Assembly: GCA_947573135.1 (NCBI GenBank)
Contig: CANPDU010000007.1
Location: 24,855 to 88,854 of the forward strand
Direction: 5' to 3'
DNA: 64,000 nucleotides
From: an uncultured Bacteroidales bacterium
GTDB lineage: Bacteria > Bacteroidota > Bacteroidia > Bacteroidales > Muribaculaceae
Positions 41,034-52,980 of the stretch are shown one piece after another; position 1 is the stretch's first letter; each line of letters opens with the position of its first letter. The notes under the pieces were generated by a model. The model was not told where the DNA came from. It did no database searches and saw only the letters and a list, made by a program, of their open reading frames with translations. Position numbers and translations under genes: made by a program.

Positions 41034-41107
41034 CCCAAAAACATATTGTTTACAAAAAAAATGTCGGATAAGTTTCGGGAAACGAAATTTTATTCGGCAT
41101 TTTTTTG

Positions 41108-41115
41108 TACCTTTG
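41108..41115 (+). promoter_or_regulatory. -7 element (TACCTTTG) for guaB
   Basis: TAnnTTTG ~30 bp upstream of the ATG. Confidence 0.6.
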
Positions 41116-41142
41116 CACGCAATAAATTTAAATCATAACTAA

Positions 41143-42624
<1,482 letters not shown>

Positions 42625-42655
42625 TCTATTGCCGCTTTAGACACTTTTAACAGAT

Positions 42656-42689
42656 AGGCCGCACGATTATATAATAATTGATGCGGCCT
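42656..42689 (+). terminator. Terminator after guaB
   Basis: AGGCCGCA...TGCGGCCT followed by a T-rich run. Confidence 0.65.
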
Positions 42690-42756
42690 TTCGTTTTATT
42701 TATTAGATATAATCCGATATACCATCAACTTTTAATCTTAAGAGTTAGCAAGGAAG

Positions 42757-44694
42757 ATGAAAAAATTACTTCTGTCTGTGGCAGCGCTGTCTGTGGCTGC
42801 CGGTGTTTTCGCGGCAGCTCCGGTCGCCGGCGATGAAGTGCTCATGACTGTCAACGGACGTGATGTCACAATCAGCGAATTCCTATATCTATATAATAAG
42901 AATAATTCACAGCAGCTCCAGCCCCAGTCGGTCAAGGATTACGTCGATATGTTTGTCGACTATAAACTGAAAGTCGCTGACGCTGAGAATGCAGGTATTG
43001 ATACGACCGCTGCGTTTCTTGCCGAATACGGCAAATTCCGTAACGAGCTGGCGGCCCCTTATCTGCGCGACAAGTCTGTGGAAGACGCTTTGCTTAAAGA
43101 GGCATACGCTCATATGAAAAAAGATGTCAAAGTGAGTCATATCATGATTCCGGTCAATCGTTCGGTCGAGACCGACTTCAGAGCTAAGGCTCGCATTGAT
43201 TCTATCCGAGCAGACATTCTTGCCGGAAAGATAAGTTTTGAAGACGCTGCGGCAAAGTACTCTATTGATAAGCCCACAGCACTCCGCGGAGGTCTTATGG
43301 GCTGGTTGCCTGTCGGCCGTTTCCCGTGGGCTTTCGAAAAGGCCGCTTATGAAACTCCGGTCGGATCGGTATCTAAACCTGTTGACTCCGGTTTCGGCTT
43401 CCATCTTATCAAGGTCATTGATGAGCGTCCTTCGCGTGGAGAGGTTCACGCCGCCCACATTCTCAAGATGACTCGCGATCTCCCCGCGTCCGTTGTCGAA
43501 ACAAAAAAACATTCCATCGATTCAATTTACAATGTGCTGAAAGGTGGCGCAGATTTCGCAGAGGTCGCAAAGACCGAATCCGAGGATCCGGGATCTGCTC
43601 AGCGTGGCGGTGATCTCGGATGGTTTGGCGGCGGAGTTATGGTTGCCGAATTCGACAGCGTGGCTTTTGCCCTTGCTGACGGTCAGATTTCCGAACCGTT
43701 TGAGACTGCTTTCGGATACCATATCATAAAGCGCTATGGCCATCGCGACGTTGAGCCTCTCGATCAGGCTCGTGAAAAGCTGATGGCGCTCATGGCTCGC
43801 GACGGTCGAGTTGACGAACCGCGAAAGGCGCGTCTCGCAAAACTCGCTTCTCAATACGGTTTCACGCGCATGAAGGCCAACTCCATGACCCTGCGTCACA
43901 GACTGTCCAACCTTCCTGCCGACAGTGCGGTTTTGGCTACTGTAGCGACAGATGAAATGCCTTTGGTTCAGATGGACGATAACCGTATAACGGTGGCTGA
44001 TGCTTTCGCTGCCTTGAATTCCCGTTCTTTTGCCAGCGGAGCAGATCTTGCCGCCGCTATTGACAAAAGCGCCGACGAATTGTTTGAAAATGCTGTTGCC
44101 GATCGCGCGATCACCGATCTTTCGTCTGATAATGTCGACTATCGTAATTTGATCAACGAGTATCGCGATGGTATTCTGCTCTTTGAGATATCCAACCGCA
44201 ATGTATGGGATAAAGCATCAAAAGATAGGGAAGGACTTGAAAAATTCTTCCATAAAAATGCCTCACGCTATGCCTGGGATTCTCCTCGTTTCAAAGGCTT
44301 TATAATTTTTGCTGCCAACGATTCTATTCTTAATGAAGCAGTGGCTTATGCTGACTCTGTCGCTATAGAGGATCCTGAAGATTTTGTGGCACAGATGCGC
44401 AGACATTTTGCCAAGAATATAAAGATCGAGCGTGTTATTGCGGCAAAAGGCGAAAATCCTATAACCGATTATCTCGCTTTCGGCGCTGAGAAACCTCAGG
44501 CTAAAAATCAGCGCTGGTCGTCTTATGTAGCTTACCGAGGCCGCATTCTCGACAAGCCTGAAGAGGCTGCTGATGTCAGAGGAGCCGCTACAACTGATTA
44601 TCAGGCTTTGCTTGAAAAAGAATGGCTTAAACAGCTTCACAAGCGTTATCCGGTCAAGATCAACAAGAAAGTGCTGAAATCGATTGAAAAATGA
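42757..44694 (+). CDS. Parvulin-type peptidyl-prolyl isomerase (two PpiC domains, SurA-like)
   Basis: Signal peptide; GGLMGW, SGFGFHLIK, SEDPGSAQRGGDLGWF, TAFGYHIIK. Confidence 0.92.
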   Translation: MKKLLLSVAALSVAAGVFAAAPVAGDEVLMTVNGRDVTISEFLYLYNKNNSQQLQPQSVKDYVDMFVDYKLKVADAENAGIDTTAAFLAEYGKFRNELAAPYLRDKSVEDALLKEAYAHMKKDVKVSHIMIPVNRSVETDFRAKARIDSIRADILAGKISFEDAAAKYSIDKPTALRGGLMGWLPVGRFPWAFEKAAYETPVGSVSKPVDSGFGFHLIKVIDERPSRGEVHAAHILKMTRDLPASVVETKKHSIDSIYNVLKGGADFAEVAKTESEDPGSAQRGGDLGWFGGGVMVAEFDSVAFALADGQISEPFETAFGYHIIKRYGHRDVEPLDQAREKLMALMARDGRVDEPRKARLAKLASQYGFTRMKANSMTLRHRLSNLPADSAVLATVATDEMPLVQMDDNRITVADAFAALNSRSFASGADLAAAIDKSADELFENAVADRAITDLSSDNVDYRNLINEYRDGILLFEISNRNVWDKASKDREGLEKFFHKNASRYAWDSPRFKGFIIFAANDSILNEAVAYADSVAIEDPEDFVAQMRRHFAKNIKIERVIAAKGENPITDYLAFGAEKPQAKNQRWSSYVAYRGRILDKPEEAADVRGAATTDYQALLEKEWLKQLHKRYPVKINKKVLKSIEK

Positions 44695-45599
44695 TTAGCC
44701 GTCAGTCATTGCGTTTCAGGCTGATGAATTTTACCGGACTTATGTCGCGCTTTTTTTGCGCATTGATTGTCATTCTTGTTGTCGCCTGCTCGCATGGCGA
44801 TGCTGACAGGGATGACAGTCCCGTTTTGGCAAAAGTTGGTAAGTCGCAGCTGACCGTGTCCGAACTTGCCGCTGCCATTCCGTTAGGGCTGAACTCAGCC
44901 GACAGTGCGCGTTTTGCTTCGGCTTATATAAGACGATGGGTCGACAGCAGGCTTATTTCAGACATTGCTTCCGCAGAAATTGATATGCGCGATATCGACC
45001 GTATGGTCAATGATTATCGTAACAGGCTTATCGAGATGGAATATCGTCGCCGGATGGCTGATGCACATGCCTCTACTGATTTTCCCGATGACTCCCTGCG
45101 CAATTTTTATGCTGCTAATAATTCCGATTTCATACTGCAGCGTCCGATGCTTAAAGGAGTTTATCTTAAGGTCCCTGACAATGCAAAAAACCTTGCTCAG
45201 ATAAAGCGTCTTTACCGCTCAGACAGGCAGGATGATATCGACCGTCTTGAAAAAGAGGTGCTCGAGTCAGCGATTCATTATGATTATTTCCGCGACAAAT
45301 GGGTTGACTGGGATCAGATCGAAATCCATATTCCATATGATTTCGGTTCCAGGCCTGATGACTTTCTAAAAGGACGTGATCATTTTGAGACTTCTGCCGG
45401 AGGCTTTGTCTATTTGCTTGATATCACGGATGTGTTGCCGAGCGGTGCAGTGATGCCGTTCGAAAGTGCCAGAAGTGTGATAATCGACCGACTTGCGGCC
45501 CGCCAGCGCCGTATCTATGATGCAAATCTCATGAAGAATCTTTATGACAGATCTCTCGAAGAAGGCAAAATTCAATTATTCGTCGATTTAGAACCTTGA
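44691..45599 (+). CDS. Lipoprotein of the conserved PPIase cluster (degenerate rotamase-like)
   Basis: Lipobox VVAC; position between two PPIase genes is typical of Bacteroidetes. Confidence 0.7.
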   Translation: MISRQSLRFRLMNFTGLMSRFFCALIVILVVACSHGDADRDDSPVLAKVGKSQLTVSELAAAIPLGLNSADSARFASAYIRRWVDSRLISDIASAEIDMRDIDRMVNDYRNRLIEMEYRRRMADAHASTDFPDDSLRNFYAANNSDFILQRPMLKGVYLKVPDNAKNLAQIKRLYRSDRQDDIDRLEKEVLESAIHYDYFRDKWVDWDQIEIHIPYDFGSRPDDFLKGRDHFETSAGGFVYLLDITDVLPSGAVMPFESARSVIIDRLAARQRRIYDANLMKNLYDRSLEEGKIQLFVDLEP

Positions 45600-45663
45600 T
45601 TTGCCAAAATTGTCTTATCTTTGTACATATATTTTGAAACTACATTTTTACTCCATTCAACAC

Positions 45664-47061
45664 ATGAATATCAAACATCTCATAGCGGCGTTTTCGGTTT
45701 TGGCGGCCTTTGCCTCGTCTTCGGCTCAGAATAATATTGCCGAAGAGGTCGCATGGGTCATTGGTGATGAGCCGATCTATAAATCAGACATAGAAAAGGC
45801 CTATAAGGACATGTTGCAGTCTCGTGAGCCTGTCAAGGGAGATCCTTACTGTGTGATCCCCGAGGAGTTGGCGTTAAACCGGCTGTTTCTGCATCAGGCT
45901 GATATCGACACGGTCGAAGTGCAGGAAGCAATGATTCAGCAGCAGGCTGACCAGCAGATGAACTATCTTATCTCCGAACTTGGTTCAAGAGAGAAAGTCG
46001 AGCAGTATCTGAATATGCCCTTTTCGCAGTATCGTGATTACGTGGTGTCAAGTATGCGCGACCGCTCACGTATTATGCAGGTCAGACATTCTCTTGTCAA
46101 AGATCTGAAGATAACGCCTTCTGATGTCCGCCGTTACTATTCGACGTTGCCTCAGGACAGTATCCCGCTTATCCCGCTTGAAGTGGAAGTCCAGATCGTT
46201 ACCCTGAAACCGCTTATTCCGAGAGAAGAGATTGATAATGTCAAAGCCCGGCTCAGGGAGTACTCCGATCGTGTCAACAAAGGTGAGAGCGAGTTTTCAA
46301 CTCTTGCAATTCTGTATTCGGAAGATCCGGGTTCGAGTGTGCGCGGCGGTGAAATGGGATTTATGGGTCGCGGTGAGTTTGTACCTGAATTTGCTGCCGT
46401 TGCGTTTAATCTCAATGATCCGAAGAAAGTTTCCAAAATTGTGGAGACCGAATATGGTTTTCATATCATACAGCTGATTGAAAAACGTGGTGACCGTATA
46501 AATGCGCGTCATATACTTCTTAAACCTAAAGTGAACGACAAAGATCTGACTGATGCGCTGACGCGTCTCGATTCTATTCGTACTGATATCGTTGATAAAA
46601 AATTCACCTTTGAAGAAGCTGCCAGGTTCATATCGCACGACAAAGACACCCGTTTCAGTCGTGGCGTCATGGTCAACAGCGACAGCCGTAGCCGTAATTA
46701 TGGTACGACTCGTTTCGAGATGTCAGAGTTGCCTCAGGAGATCGCGCGTGTCGTTGCCAATATGAATCCCGGTGATGTCTCGGAAGCATTTGTGATGAAA
46801 GATCCGAAGCATAACAGCGATATAGTCGCCATCGTTAAGCTGACCAACCGCATCGATGCCCATACGGCAAATCTCGCTGACGATTTCCAGATGATCAAGT
46901 CGATGTATCAGAACCATGTTGAGGGTGAGATTGTCCGCAAATGGCTCGATAAGAAAATCAGCGAGACTTATGTGCGCATCGAAGACGGATGGCGCGGATG
47001 TGATTTTGCCCATAAGGGTTGGATAAAGACCAAAAAGGGTGAAGACTTAGACGATGACTAA
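45664..47061 (+). CDS. surA: SurA-like chaperone/peptidyl-prolyl isomerase
   Basis: Start moved to ATG 45664 (signal peptide); YSEDPGS...GGEMGF, ETEYGFHIIQL, RHILLKP. Confidence 0.85.
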   Translation: MNIKHLIAAFSVLAAFASSSAQNNIAEEVAWVIGDEPIYKSDIEKAYKDMLQSREPVKGDPYCVIPEELALNRLFLHQADIDTVEVQEAMIQQQADQQMNYLISELGSREKVEQYLNMPFSQYRDYVVSSMRDRSRIMQVRHSLVKDLKITPSDVRRYYSTLPQDSIPLIPLEVEVQIVTLKPLIPREEIDNVKARLREYSDRVNKGESEFSTLAILYSEDPGSSVRGGEMGFMGRGEFVPEFAAVAFNLNDPKKVSKIVETEYGFHIIQLIEKRGDRINARHILLKPKVNDKDLTDALTRLDSIRTDIVDKKFTFEEAARFISHDKDTRFSRGVMVNSDSRSRNYGTTRFEMSELPQEIARVVANMNPGDVSEAFVMKDPKHNSDIVAIVKLTNRIDAHTANLADDFQMIKSMYQNHVEGEIVRKWLDKKISETYVRIEDGWRGCDFAHKGWIKTKKGEDLDDD

Positions 47062-48832
47062 GCGTCCGTTATTAAACGTTACAAAAGGAAAAATCGCCGT
47101 CATTGCTGCTCTCGTAGCAATGATGGTGCCATTGTTTCTGTCCATATCGGCCCAGATTGTAAATCGATCATCGGTGACATTTCAGCCTCAGGTGCCGCTT
47201 GCTGACCGCGCAGCCGGAAACCGTGTGTTTCTCGAACATGCTGAGGTGCTTCGGAAAAATGATACGGATTCTTTTATGATCCTTGTCAATAATGTGAAGT
47301 TCTCCAAGGGTCCGATGCTGATGTTCTGCGACAGTTGCCATTATTATGCTGAGACAGAGTCTATGGAGGCATTCGGTAATGTTCGTATGGAGCAGGGCGA
47401 CACACTGTTTGTATACGCCGATGAACTGGACTATGATGGTCGGCCTGATGTGGAGATTGCTACGCTTTATGCCGATCCGGGCAAGAAAGTGCGCCTGATC
47501 AACAAGGATGTTCAGCTTGAGACTGATGTTTTTGTATATGACCTCAAGCTCGACCTCGGCTATTATAATGTCGGTGGTGTGCTTACCGATGCGTCTAACC
47601 GTCTGACTTCGCTCGAAGGTGAATATATGCCGTCGACCAAAGAGGCTAATTTTTATATTGACGTGCATCTCAACTCCCGGTCAGAAAATGATACGCTCGA
47701 TATCTTTACAGATACGCTTTATTATAACACTGAGACCCATGTCGCCGAGCTGAATGCGCCGAGTACAATTCTGAATGCGCGTGGAACTATATATACCCGC
47801 CAAGGTGTGTATATGACAGATTCCGACATCTGTACACTGAGCGAGCGGCCGACTATAGTTACAAATCAAAATCAGACGCTCGTAGCCGATTCCGTGTTCT
47901 ATAACCATAAAGCAGGCTATGGGGAGGCTTTTGGCAATATGGTTCTTACCGACACAGCCAATTGTGCGCAGGTTTGCGGCGAATACGGCTTTTATGATGA
48001 GCGACGCGACAGTTCTTATGTCACCGGACGCGCGCTTGTTAAGGAGTTTTCGCAGGGCGACACCCTTTATCTGCACGGACGTCAGATCGAATCTTTCATT
48101 GAGCTTGACTCCGTGCTGATCCCGGCCGATACTGTTGCCGGTATTGCTGAATCGGTAAGGATCGACACATGCCATATAATTCAGGTTTATCCGCGTGTTC
48201 GTTTCTTTCGTTCCGATCTTCAGGGCGTATGTGACTCGATGCGCTTCACCGAGCGTGACTCTATGTTGCGTATGTATGTCAATCCCGTCGTATGGAATGA
48301 AGGGCAGCAAATATTCGGAAATATCATTGAGATGCATCTCAATGATTCTACTTTCGACCGTGCGCGTCTGCCCGAATTCGGTTTTGCTGCCCAGCAGATT
48401 GAGGATGAATATTTCAATCAGATTTCCGGTAAGGAGATGATCGCATATTTTGTCGACCGAGAATTGCGTCACATCGACATAAACGGCAACGTGGAGATAA
48501 TTATGTACCCTCAGGAAAATGATTCTACCGTCAATAAGCTGGTGAAGGCTGAGAGCAGTTTCCTGTCGGCCGATTTCAGGGGGCGCACTACCGAGCGTAT
48601 AAAAATGTGGCCTGAGACTACTGGCACGGCAACTCCTTTGTTCATGGCAAAGCGTTCATTGTTTTTCCTTGCTAAATTCAAGTGGTTCGAGTCTATAAGA
48701 CCGATTTCGCCTCTTGACGTATTCATTATTCCCGACGAAATGGAGGAAATAATGTCTTCGGCAGAGCGTCCTGTTCAGGGATCGTCAATGCGTGACTCAA
48801 AACAGACTTTGCAGACACAGTTAGCTCCATAG
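47054..48832 (+). CDS. OstA-like (LptA/LptD N-terminal) LPS-transport protein
   Basis: Repeated beta-jellyroll motifs (MFCDSCHYY, AFGNVRMEQGDTL, QGVCDSM); follows surA. Confidence 0.85.
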   Translation: MTKRPLLNVTKGKIAVIAALVAMMVPLFLSISAQIVNRSSVTFQPQVPLADRAAGNRVFLEHAEVLRKNDTDSFMILVNNVKFSKGPMLMFCDSCHYYAETESMEAFGNVRMEQGDTLFVYADELDYDGRPDVEIATLYADPGKKVRLINKDVQLETDVFVYDLKLDLGYYNVGGVLTDASNRLTSLEGEYMPSTKEANFYIDVHLNSRSENDTLDIFTDTLYYNTETHVAELNAPSTILNARGTIYTRQGVYMTDSDICTLSERPTIVTNQNQTLVADSVFYNHKAGYGEAFGNMVLTDTANCAQVCGEYGFYDERRDSSYVTGRALVKEFSQGDTLYLHGRQIESFIELDSVLIPADTVAGIAESVRIDTCHIIQVYPRVRFFRSDLQGVCDSMRFTERDSMLRMYVNPVVWNEGQQIFGNIIEMHLNDSTFDRARLPEFGFAAQQIEDEYFNQISGKEMIAYFVDRELRHIDINGNVEIIMYPQENDSTVNKLVKAESSFLSADFRGRTTERIKMWPETTGTATPLFMAKRSLFFLAKFKWFESIRPISPLDVFIIPDEMEEIMSSAERPVQGSSMRDSKQTLQTQLAP

Positions 48833-48895
48833 CGCTTTTGGAGAAACTCTGTCAGTCGTTTTCCGTATCATATAATCAAAAATAAAGAGTATATT

Positions 48896-49747
48896 ATGCA
48901 AGTTATTGAGAATATGGAGTTCGGCGGTGAACGCCCGCTTTTCGGATCCAACGATTTATTACTGAAAAACGTAACGGTTCATGCCGGAGAATCGGCTCTG
49001 AAATGTTGTAGCAATATCGAGGCGATAGACTGTCGTTTCGAAGGTAAATACCCGTTTTGGCATGTCGACGGTTTTGTCGTCAGAAATTGTCTGTTCACTG
49101 AAGGCGCTCGCGCGGCCCTATGGTATTCGCGAGATCTTGTCATGACAGGCACTCGGGTTGATGCTCCGAAGATGTTCCGGGAGATGGAGCGACTTTCTCT
49201 GTCTGATGTCTGCATCCCTGATGCTGCAGAAACACTTTGGCACTGCAAAGATATCACTTTGCGCGATGTCGAGGTTGCCAACGCCGATTATCTGTTTATG
49301 CACTGCTCGGATATAGATATAGACCGCTATCGTCAGCAAGGTAACTATTCGTTTCAGTATTGTAGGAATGTGACAATACGCAATGCTGTCATTGACTCGA
49401 AAGATGCGTTCTGGAATACTGACAATGTCACAGTCATCGACAGTACTCTAACTGGCGAATATCTCGGATGGCACAGCCGCGGCCTTAAACTTGTCCGTTG
49501 CCGCATATCCGGCACACAGCCTCTCTGCTATGCCGAAGATCTTATACTTGAAGATTGCGTATTTGACACAGACTGTGATCTTGCGTTTGAAGACTCGACA
49601 CTTCACGCACACATTATTTCGCCTGTGACGAGCATTAAGAATCCTCGGTCCGGACGTATCGAGGCTCCGTCTGTAGGCGAGATAATTCTTGATGAGCACT
49701 GCAAGGCTCCCGCTGATTGTGAAATTGTCGCAACACGTATTTCATGA
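48896..49747 (+). CDS. DUF3737 family protein
   Basis: GERPLF, ESALK, GKYPFWH, KDAFW, GEYLGW, QPLCY, DLAFE; beta-helix-like repeats. Confidence 0.88.
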   Translation: MQVIENMEFGGERPLFGSNDLLLKNVTVHAGESALKCCSNIEAIDCRFEGKYPFWHVDGFVVRNCLFTEGARAALWYSRDLVMTGTRVDAPKMFREMERLSLSDVCIPDAAETLWHCKDITLRDVEVANADYLFMHCSDIDIDRYRQQGNYSFQYCRNVTIRNAVIDSKDAFWNTDNVTVIDSTLTGEYLGWHSRGLKLVRCRISGTQPLCYAEDLILEDCVFDTDCDLAFEDSTLHAHIISPVTSIKNPRSGRIEAPSVGEIILDEHCKAPADCEIVATRIS

Positions 49748-50916
49748 CTGCTTTGTTCGGGTTTGACACCCCTGTTGACCGTCGGGGCAGCGGATCATAC
49801 AAGTGGGACGATCATTCCGGAGATCCGGATGATATGATCCAGCTTTGGGTTGCTGATATGGACTTCTCGACCGCGCCGGCTGTCATCAGTGCGCTGCGCC
49901 GGAGGGTAGACCACGGTGTGTTTGGTTATACTTATGTTCCCGAAACATATTATGATGCACTGACCGCCTGGTTCAGCCGGCGCCACGGCTATATGATTGA
50001 TCGCAGAAATGTGATTTACACCTCGGGTGTCGTTCCGGCTGTATCGGCGACAATCAAAGCATTGACTTCGCCCGGCGACGGTGTCATAATTAATACACCT
50101 GCCTATAACTGTTTCTTTTCATCGATCCGTAATAACGGCTGTCATGTCGTTGCGAGTCCGTTGAGACGCGTTGATTTGTCTTCCGGGAAATTTACATACC
50201 GTGTTGACTACGACGATCTCGAATCTCTTGCCTCAGATCCCGCTAACAAACTGTTTATACTTTGTAATCCCCACAATCCGTCCGGACGAGTCTGGCGGCG
50301 TGATGAACTTGAGAAAATTGCTGCGATATGCGGCCGCAACGGTGTCACGGTCATAAGCGATGAGATCCATTGTGAACTCACAATGCCCGGACTTGAATAT
50401 ATCCCTTATGCTACGGTCGATCCATCGGCGGTAATATGTAATTCGCCGAGCAAGGCATTCAACACTGCCGGTCTGCAGATAGCTAATATCGTGACGCCTG
50501 ACCGGCAGGTTCGGTCGCTGATCGACCGCGCGATCAACATCAATGAGGTGTGCGATGTCAATCCTTTCGGGGTGGCCGGCCTTATGGCGGCTTATAACGA
50601 TGGTGAGGCATGGCTTGACTCTTTGCGTGAGTATCTCGCCGAAAATTACCGTGAGCTGAGATCGTTTTTCTCCGACAAGCTGCCTGCTTATCCGGTTGCC
50701 GATCTTGAGGCTACATATCTGGCCTGGATCGACATCTCCGCATCTGGTCTCGACGGCGACATCGTCGAACGGCTTTTGGTCGATAAAGCTCATGTGCGCG
50801 TTGCATCAGGCTCGATTTATGGTGACAGCCGTTATATCAGGATTAATTTTGCGACTCAGCGCAGCGTACTCACTGAGGCGCTTGCCCGTATCGAAGCGGT
50901 GTTGGGTATACTTTAA
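49744..50916 (+). CDS. patB: MalY/PatB family PLP-dependent C-S lyase (cystathionine beta-lyase-like)
   Basis: LWVADMDF, HGVFGY, LCNPHNPSG, SDEIH, SPSKAFN, ATYLAWID, RINFA. Confidence 0.9.
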   Translation: MTALFGFDTPVDRRGSGSYKWDDHSGDPDDMIQLWVADMDFSTAPAVISALRRRVDHGVFGYTYVPETYYDALTAWFSRRHGYMIDRRNVIYTSGVVPAVSATIKALTSPGDGVIINTPAYNCFFSSIRNNGCHVVASPLRRVDLSSGKFTYRVDYDDLESLASDPANKLFILCNPHNPSGRVWRRDELEKIAAICGRNGVTVISDEIHCELTMPGLEYIPYATVDPSAVICNSPSKAFNTAGLQIANIVTPDRQVRSLIDRAININEVCDVNPFGVAGLMAAYNDGEAWLDSLREYLAENYRELRSFFSDKLPAYPVADLEATYLAWIDISASGLDGDIVERLLVDKAHVRVASGSIYGDSRYIRINFATQRSVLTEALARIEAVLGIL

Positions 50917-50929
50917 GACATCTTTACTG

Positions 50930-52396
50930 ATGGCCGATATATCAAAGATACAGAACGGTGAGGCGATGACCCTGCGTGAGCAGATCGGTCTTACGGCCCG
51001 GCTTGCCCTGCCGGCTATACTTGCCCAGCTGTCGAGTATCATGATGCAGTATATCGACGCATCGATGGTCGGTCGTCTCGGTGCAGACCAGTCGGCATCT
51101 GTCGGTCTGATGAGCAGCAGTCTGTGGCTGTTCTGGGGCGTATGCTCTATGATCACGATGGGCTTTTCGGTGCAGGTCGCTCATGCGATCGGAGCCCGGC
51201 GCTATGACCGCGCACGCGGAGTGTTGCGTCAGGGCATTACGTCGAGTCTTGCGGCTGCAATTGTCATAACTCTGGTCGGTCTCGCTATCGCTCCGTTTTT
51301 GCCTGGCTGGCTTGGTGGAGATGATTCGATAACCGGCAATGCCACTCTCTATTTCGGCGTTTTCATTGTCGCGCTGCCGGTGTTGACAATGAATTATCTT
51401 GCCGGAGGCATGCTGAGATGTGCGGGCAATATGAAGGTTCCGAGTCTACTGAATGTTATGATGTGTCTGCTTGATGTCGTGTTTAACTTTTTCCTTATTT
51501 TTCCGACACGCGAGCTGGACTTAGGACCCGTGTCATTCACTGTTCCCGGCGCCGGACTTGGTGTGCTCGGAGCGGCACTCGGTACGGTTGCCGCCGAATG
51601 CGTCACCGCAACAGTAATGATGTACTATCTGTGCCGCCGGCAGCCGGGGCTGACCATAAGCCGTCGTCCGCTACGGTCTTTTATTCCGACGAAAACCGTG
51701 CTCAAAAAAGCGGTGAAAATAGCTTTGCCTATGACGGCAGAACATGTTGTGTTCTGTGGGGCGCAGATTATGATAACGATTATTGTCGCTCCGTTGGGAG
51801 TGGTTGCCATTGCTGCCAATGCGTTTGCAGTGACAGCAGAAAGTCTGTGTTATATGCCGGGATTTGGCATCGGCGATGCTGCGACTACTCTTACGGGGCA
51901 GAGCTTCGGTGCCGGACGCATGGACTTAGTGAAGCGTTTCGGGCATATAACAGTCGCCATGGGCATGGCCATAATGACGGTTATGGGTGCCGTGATGTAT
52001 GTTGCCGCGCCGGCTATGATGGAAATTATGACGCCGGTTGCGGCTATCAGTGAGCTTGGAACGGAGATATTGCGTATCGAAGCATGGGCCGAGCCTATGT
52101 ATGCTGCGGCCATTGTCGCATATGGTGCTTTTGTCGGGGTAGGTGACACTCTTTTGCCGGCTATAATGAACTTCGGAAGTATATGGCTTGTGCGTATTCC
52201 GGTTGCCGCAATTCTCGCTCCGACAGCAGGGCTACGCGGAGTATGGATAGCGATGTGCGTCGAGCTGACGTTCCGCGGCGCGATTTTTCTTTGGCGCATG
52301 GCGAGCGGCCGATGGTGGCGCAATGCTAAGAAGTCAGCCTCAGCTACCGGCGAAGCAGAAACAGAGACCGCAGTTCCCGAAGAAGATCTCGAATAA
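50930..52396 (+). CDS. MATE family efflux transporter
   Basis: Start moved to ATG 50930; ~12 TM in two halves, MVGRLG, GNMKVPS, GLRGVWIAM. Confidence 0.92.
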   Translation: MADISKIQNGEAMTLREQIGLTARLALPAILAQLSSIMMQYIDASMVGRLGADQSASVGLMSSSLWLFWGVCSMITMGFSVQVAHAIGARRYDRARGVLRQGITSSLAAAIVITLVGLAIAPFLPGWLGGDDSITGNATLYFGVFIVALPVLTMNYLAGGMLRCAGNMKVPSLLNVMMCLLDVVFNFFLIFPTRELDLGPVSFTVPGAGLGVLGAALGTVAAECVTATVMMYYLCRRQPGLTISRRPLRSFIPTKTVLKKAVKIALPMTAEHVVFCGAQIMITIIVAPLGVVAIAANAFAVTAESLCYMPGFGIGDAATTLTGQSFGAGRMDLVKRFGHITVAMGMAIMTVMGAVMYVAAPAMMEIMTPVAAISELGTEILRIEAWAEPMYAAAIVAYGAFVGVGDTLLPAIMNFGSIWLVRIPVAAILAPTAGLRGVWIAMCVELTFRGAIFLWRMASGRWWRNAKKSASATGEAETETAVPEEDLE

Positions 52397-52491
52397 TGTT
52401 CTCAGGCCCTTTGCCGCATATTTCGAGCGCCGATCAAAATATTTTTTATTTTTGAGTTAGTTTTTTCGTAGATTGCGTGTCGTAATATTGT

Positions 52492-52980
52492 ATGACGAAA
52501 CTACGAAATATCGAACAACTTTTCAAAAGCGATTATCCCGCGATGATTGCTTTGGCCGTCAGGATTATCCATGACAAGGACGCGGCGCGTGACATTGTTC
52601 ACGATGTTTTCGCCACTGTCTTGTCAAAAGAGCCGGATGATGTGACTGCTCCTTATCTCATGGTGGCTGTGCGAAACGGTTGCCTGAATTATATGCGTGA
52701 CTTTTCTACCCGTGAAAGAATAAACGAATTGTATAAATTCCATACTGCTGTTGATGATGCGGATGTCCTTTGGCCCGACGAAGATACATATCAGAGGATA
52801 CAGATGATAATAGACTCCGAACTCGGCGAGCAGTGCCGTAAGGTAGTGCGGCTTCGTTTTTATGAAGGATTAAGTTATATGGATATTGCCGGCAGGCTTT
52901 CGATAAGCAAAGTCGCGGTCTATAAGCATCTGCGGCACGCTTTGGATGTTTTACGCATAAAAATTAATGATTATGAATAA
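52492..52980 (+). CDS. ECF sigma-70 factor (FecI-like, cassette 3)
   Basis: ARDIVHDVF, VRNGCLNY, CRKVVRLRFYEGLSYMDIA...VYKHLRHAL. Confidence 0.9.
   Translation: MTKLRNIEQLFKSDYPAMIALAVRIIHDKDAARDIVHDVFATVLSKEPDDVTAPYLMVAVRNGCLNYMRDFSTRERINELYKFHTAVDDADVLWPDEDTYQRIQMIIDSELGEQCRKVVRLRFYEGLSYMDIAGRLSISKVAVYKHLRHALDVLRIKINDYE

Noticed and set aside
52440-52491. GTYACA-N15-CGT motif upstream of the third ECF sigma
   Set aside because: Only GTTAGT with a 19-nt spacer to CGT; does not match the shared motif.
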